Shown here: piece after piece, positions 23,911 through 25,396 of the stretch
How positions within the stretch are numbered: position 1 is the stretch's first letter
Layout of the letters: each line of letters begins with the position of its first letter
Source of the DNA: Clostridia bacterium
Lineage (GTDB): Bacteria; Bacillota; Clostridia; UMGS1810
NCBI GenBank assembly: GCA_045534195.1
Contig: JAZSJF010000139.1
Coordinates: forward strand, 1 to 25,396
Direction of reading: 5' to 3'
Length of the DNA stretch: 25,396 nt
Position numbers and translations under genes: made by a program
Notes under the pieces: generated by a model
Told to the model about the DNA's origin: nothing
Databases searched by the model: none
Seen by the model: the letters and a program-made list of their open reading frames with translations, nothing else

Positions 23911-25396
23911 ATGAAATCATTTAACAAACTTCTTAGCCTTGTGCTTACACTTACAATGATGGTTTCCCTTGTGGCTGTACCAAGTGCATATGCTGCAATC
24001 AAATACTCTGTAGGTGATACATCTGATTATGAAGTTGCAGTTTCTTTTGTAGATGCAAGCGGTACTTCAGAAGTGACAGAAGCAGAAGCAGGGGCTACAG
24101 TTTATTTAAGACTTGACCTTAAGAAAATTTCCACACTCAACTCGGGTGCGGTAACTGTTACTCTTGATGGTGCTACATTTGCGGAACAGACAGATAAACT
24201 CACAGGCGGCATTTTCAAGAATGAAACTATGACATCAAGTTTTGCTGCAGGAACAAAAGAAGCAATTTACGGTCTTGCTACAGATGTAGGAAACCTTACA
24301 AGCACAAATAAAAAAGTTAAATACCATTCATTTGCAGAGCCTACAGATATGTACCTTGCACTTTACAAGGTAACTGTAGACCAGAATGCAACTGAAGTTA
24401 AAGCAACCGTATCTCAGAATCTTAAACTCGGTGATGCTAACGGTGCAACCGGTAATATCGCTGCTACAGCAGAAGGTATCATTCTTACAAATGATACACT
24501 TGCAATCGGTGCAGGCGGCGGTGCTCCAAGCGACCCTGTAACAACATATAAGTATGTTGCTCAGTGGGAAGACGGCAACAATGTATTCCCTGCAGGTACA
24601 ACAGATGAAGTAATCAAAGAATCTGTATGGGTATATATGGAAACATATCTTGACGGCGTGTTTGACAAGAGAGAATTGTTGGCTACAGGTTATAAGGTGG
24701 AGCTTGACAATGGTAATGTAGATGTTACTATTGATAACGAACCTGATGCTGATATCACTTGTGACCTTACATATACAATCACTGCTCCGGATCCTGTAAT
24801 TACATATGATTATGATGTAGAATGGATCGGTGCGAATTCATTTGAATTCGGTACATCTGATGCATATATCAAATCAATGGTTAAAGTTATAAAGTACACA
24901 TTCACAGATGGTATAAAGACAAATACAGAAACTCTTACTACAGGATTTACCGTAGAACTTGACAACGGTATTGCAGTAGTACGTGTAGATGGTAAAATAT
25001 TTAACCTTCCATATACAAAAAATGACAAGGTTGTATATAAGAATGCGAAACTTAACGCTGATACAGAATATGAATACACATTTACTACAGGCGATATTGA
25101 AGAATCAGTATCAGTTACTGTAGAAAAATGGGTTAACGATGCACTTGATTCAACTATCACTTTAGTGCCGGGCGATGATTATGAACTTACAATAATCTTT
25201 GACGAAAACTACAATGACGGCAGAATCGATGTAACACTTATCGGGGATTATATAAATGTTGTTGCACCGCAGAGTGTAATCTTCGAAAGAATCAATCCTA
25301 CAATCACATACAGTGATGCATCTGCAGCACTTACACAGAGAGAATTCCACGAAAGTGCAACAGAAGCAGATATTGAAACAGCAGTTTCAGCAAAGG
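23911..25396 (+). CDS. Large secreted surface protein, N-terminal cohesin-like domain then tandem ~80 aa repeats (partial, runs off window; absent from ORF track)
   Basis: SD AAGGAGG; I translated 495 open codons: MKSFNKLLSLVLTLTMMVSLVAVPSAYA-AIKY...AEAGATVYLRLDL...; repeats start near 24535, 24793, 25027 and 25297. Cohesin call is tentative. Confidence 0.85.
   Translation, partial: MKSFNKLLSLVLTLTMMVSLVAVPSAYAAIKYSVGDTSDYEVAVSFVDASGTSEVTEAEAGATVYLRLDLKKISTLNSGAVTVTLDGATFAEQTDKLTGGIFKNETMTSSFAAGTKEAIYGLATDVGNLTSTNKKVKYHSFAEPTDMYLALYKVTVDQNATEVKATVSQNLKLGDANGATGNIAATAEGIILTNDTLAIGAGGGAPSDPVTTYKYVAQWEDGNNVFPAGTTDEVIKESVWVYMETYLDGVFDKRELLATGYKVELDNGNVDVTIDNEPDADITCDLTYTITAPDPVITYDYDVEWIGANSFEFGTSDAYIKSMVKVIKYTFTDGIKTNTETLTTGFTVELDNGIAVVRVDGKIFNLPYTKNDKVVYKNAKLNADTEYEYTFTTGDIEESVSVTVEKWVNDALDSTITLVPGDDYELTIIFDENYNDGRIDVTLIGDYINVVAPQSVIFERINPTITYSDASAALTQREFHESATEADIETAVSAK

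Noticed and set aside
545-25350. The many minus-strand ORFs lying opposite the main genes
   Set aside because: Antisense shadows of well-supported + strand genes, without SD or recognisable motifs; only 9587-9841 has its own space and signals.

Overview
AT-rich chromosomal window from a Bacillota/Clostridia bacterium (inferred from gene content, sigmaA promoters and protein similarity); nearly all genes are on the + strand. Order: end of a YitT-family gene; a structured intergenic repeat; a D,D-carboxypeptidase-fold protein with all three catalytic motifs degenerate; walR, walK, a secreted hypothetical, yycH-like, yycI-like; ybaB/ebfC with an in-frame TGA at codon 20; PHP hydrolase; RpiR regulator; a small minus-strand membrane protein divergent from mutS2-WYL-HAD; pyrH-frr; a 1.1 kb interruption (second repeat copy, a promoter-flanked rod-shaped RNA with terminator, an orphan ORF); uppS-cdsA-dxr-rseP; M14 peptidase; apbE; two secreted surface proteins sharing an ~80 aa repeat (the second runs off the window and is missing from the ORF track). 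No rRNA, tRNA, CRISPR array or transposase is visible. Best leads: (1) a variant Wal system with a pseudo-PBP upstream of walR and four tandem WalR-type half-sites driving the accessory genes; (2) a candidate unannotated sRNA at 15859-16013; (3) two dispersed repeat families; (4) a cohesin-like/half-dockerin surface protein pair with a shared repeat; (5) two point lesions (ybaB TGA, Dxr HP to YS) that may be biology or assembly error. All alignments were done by eye.
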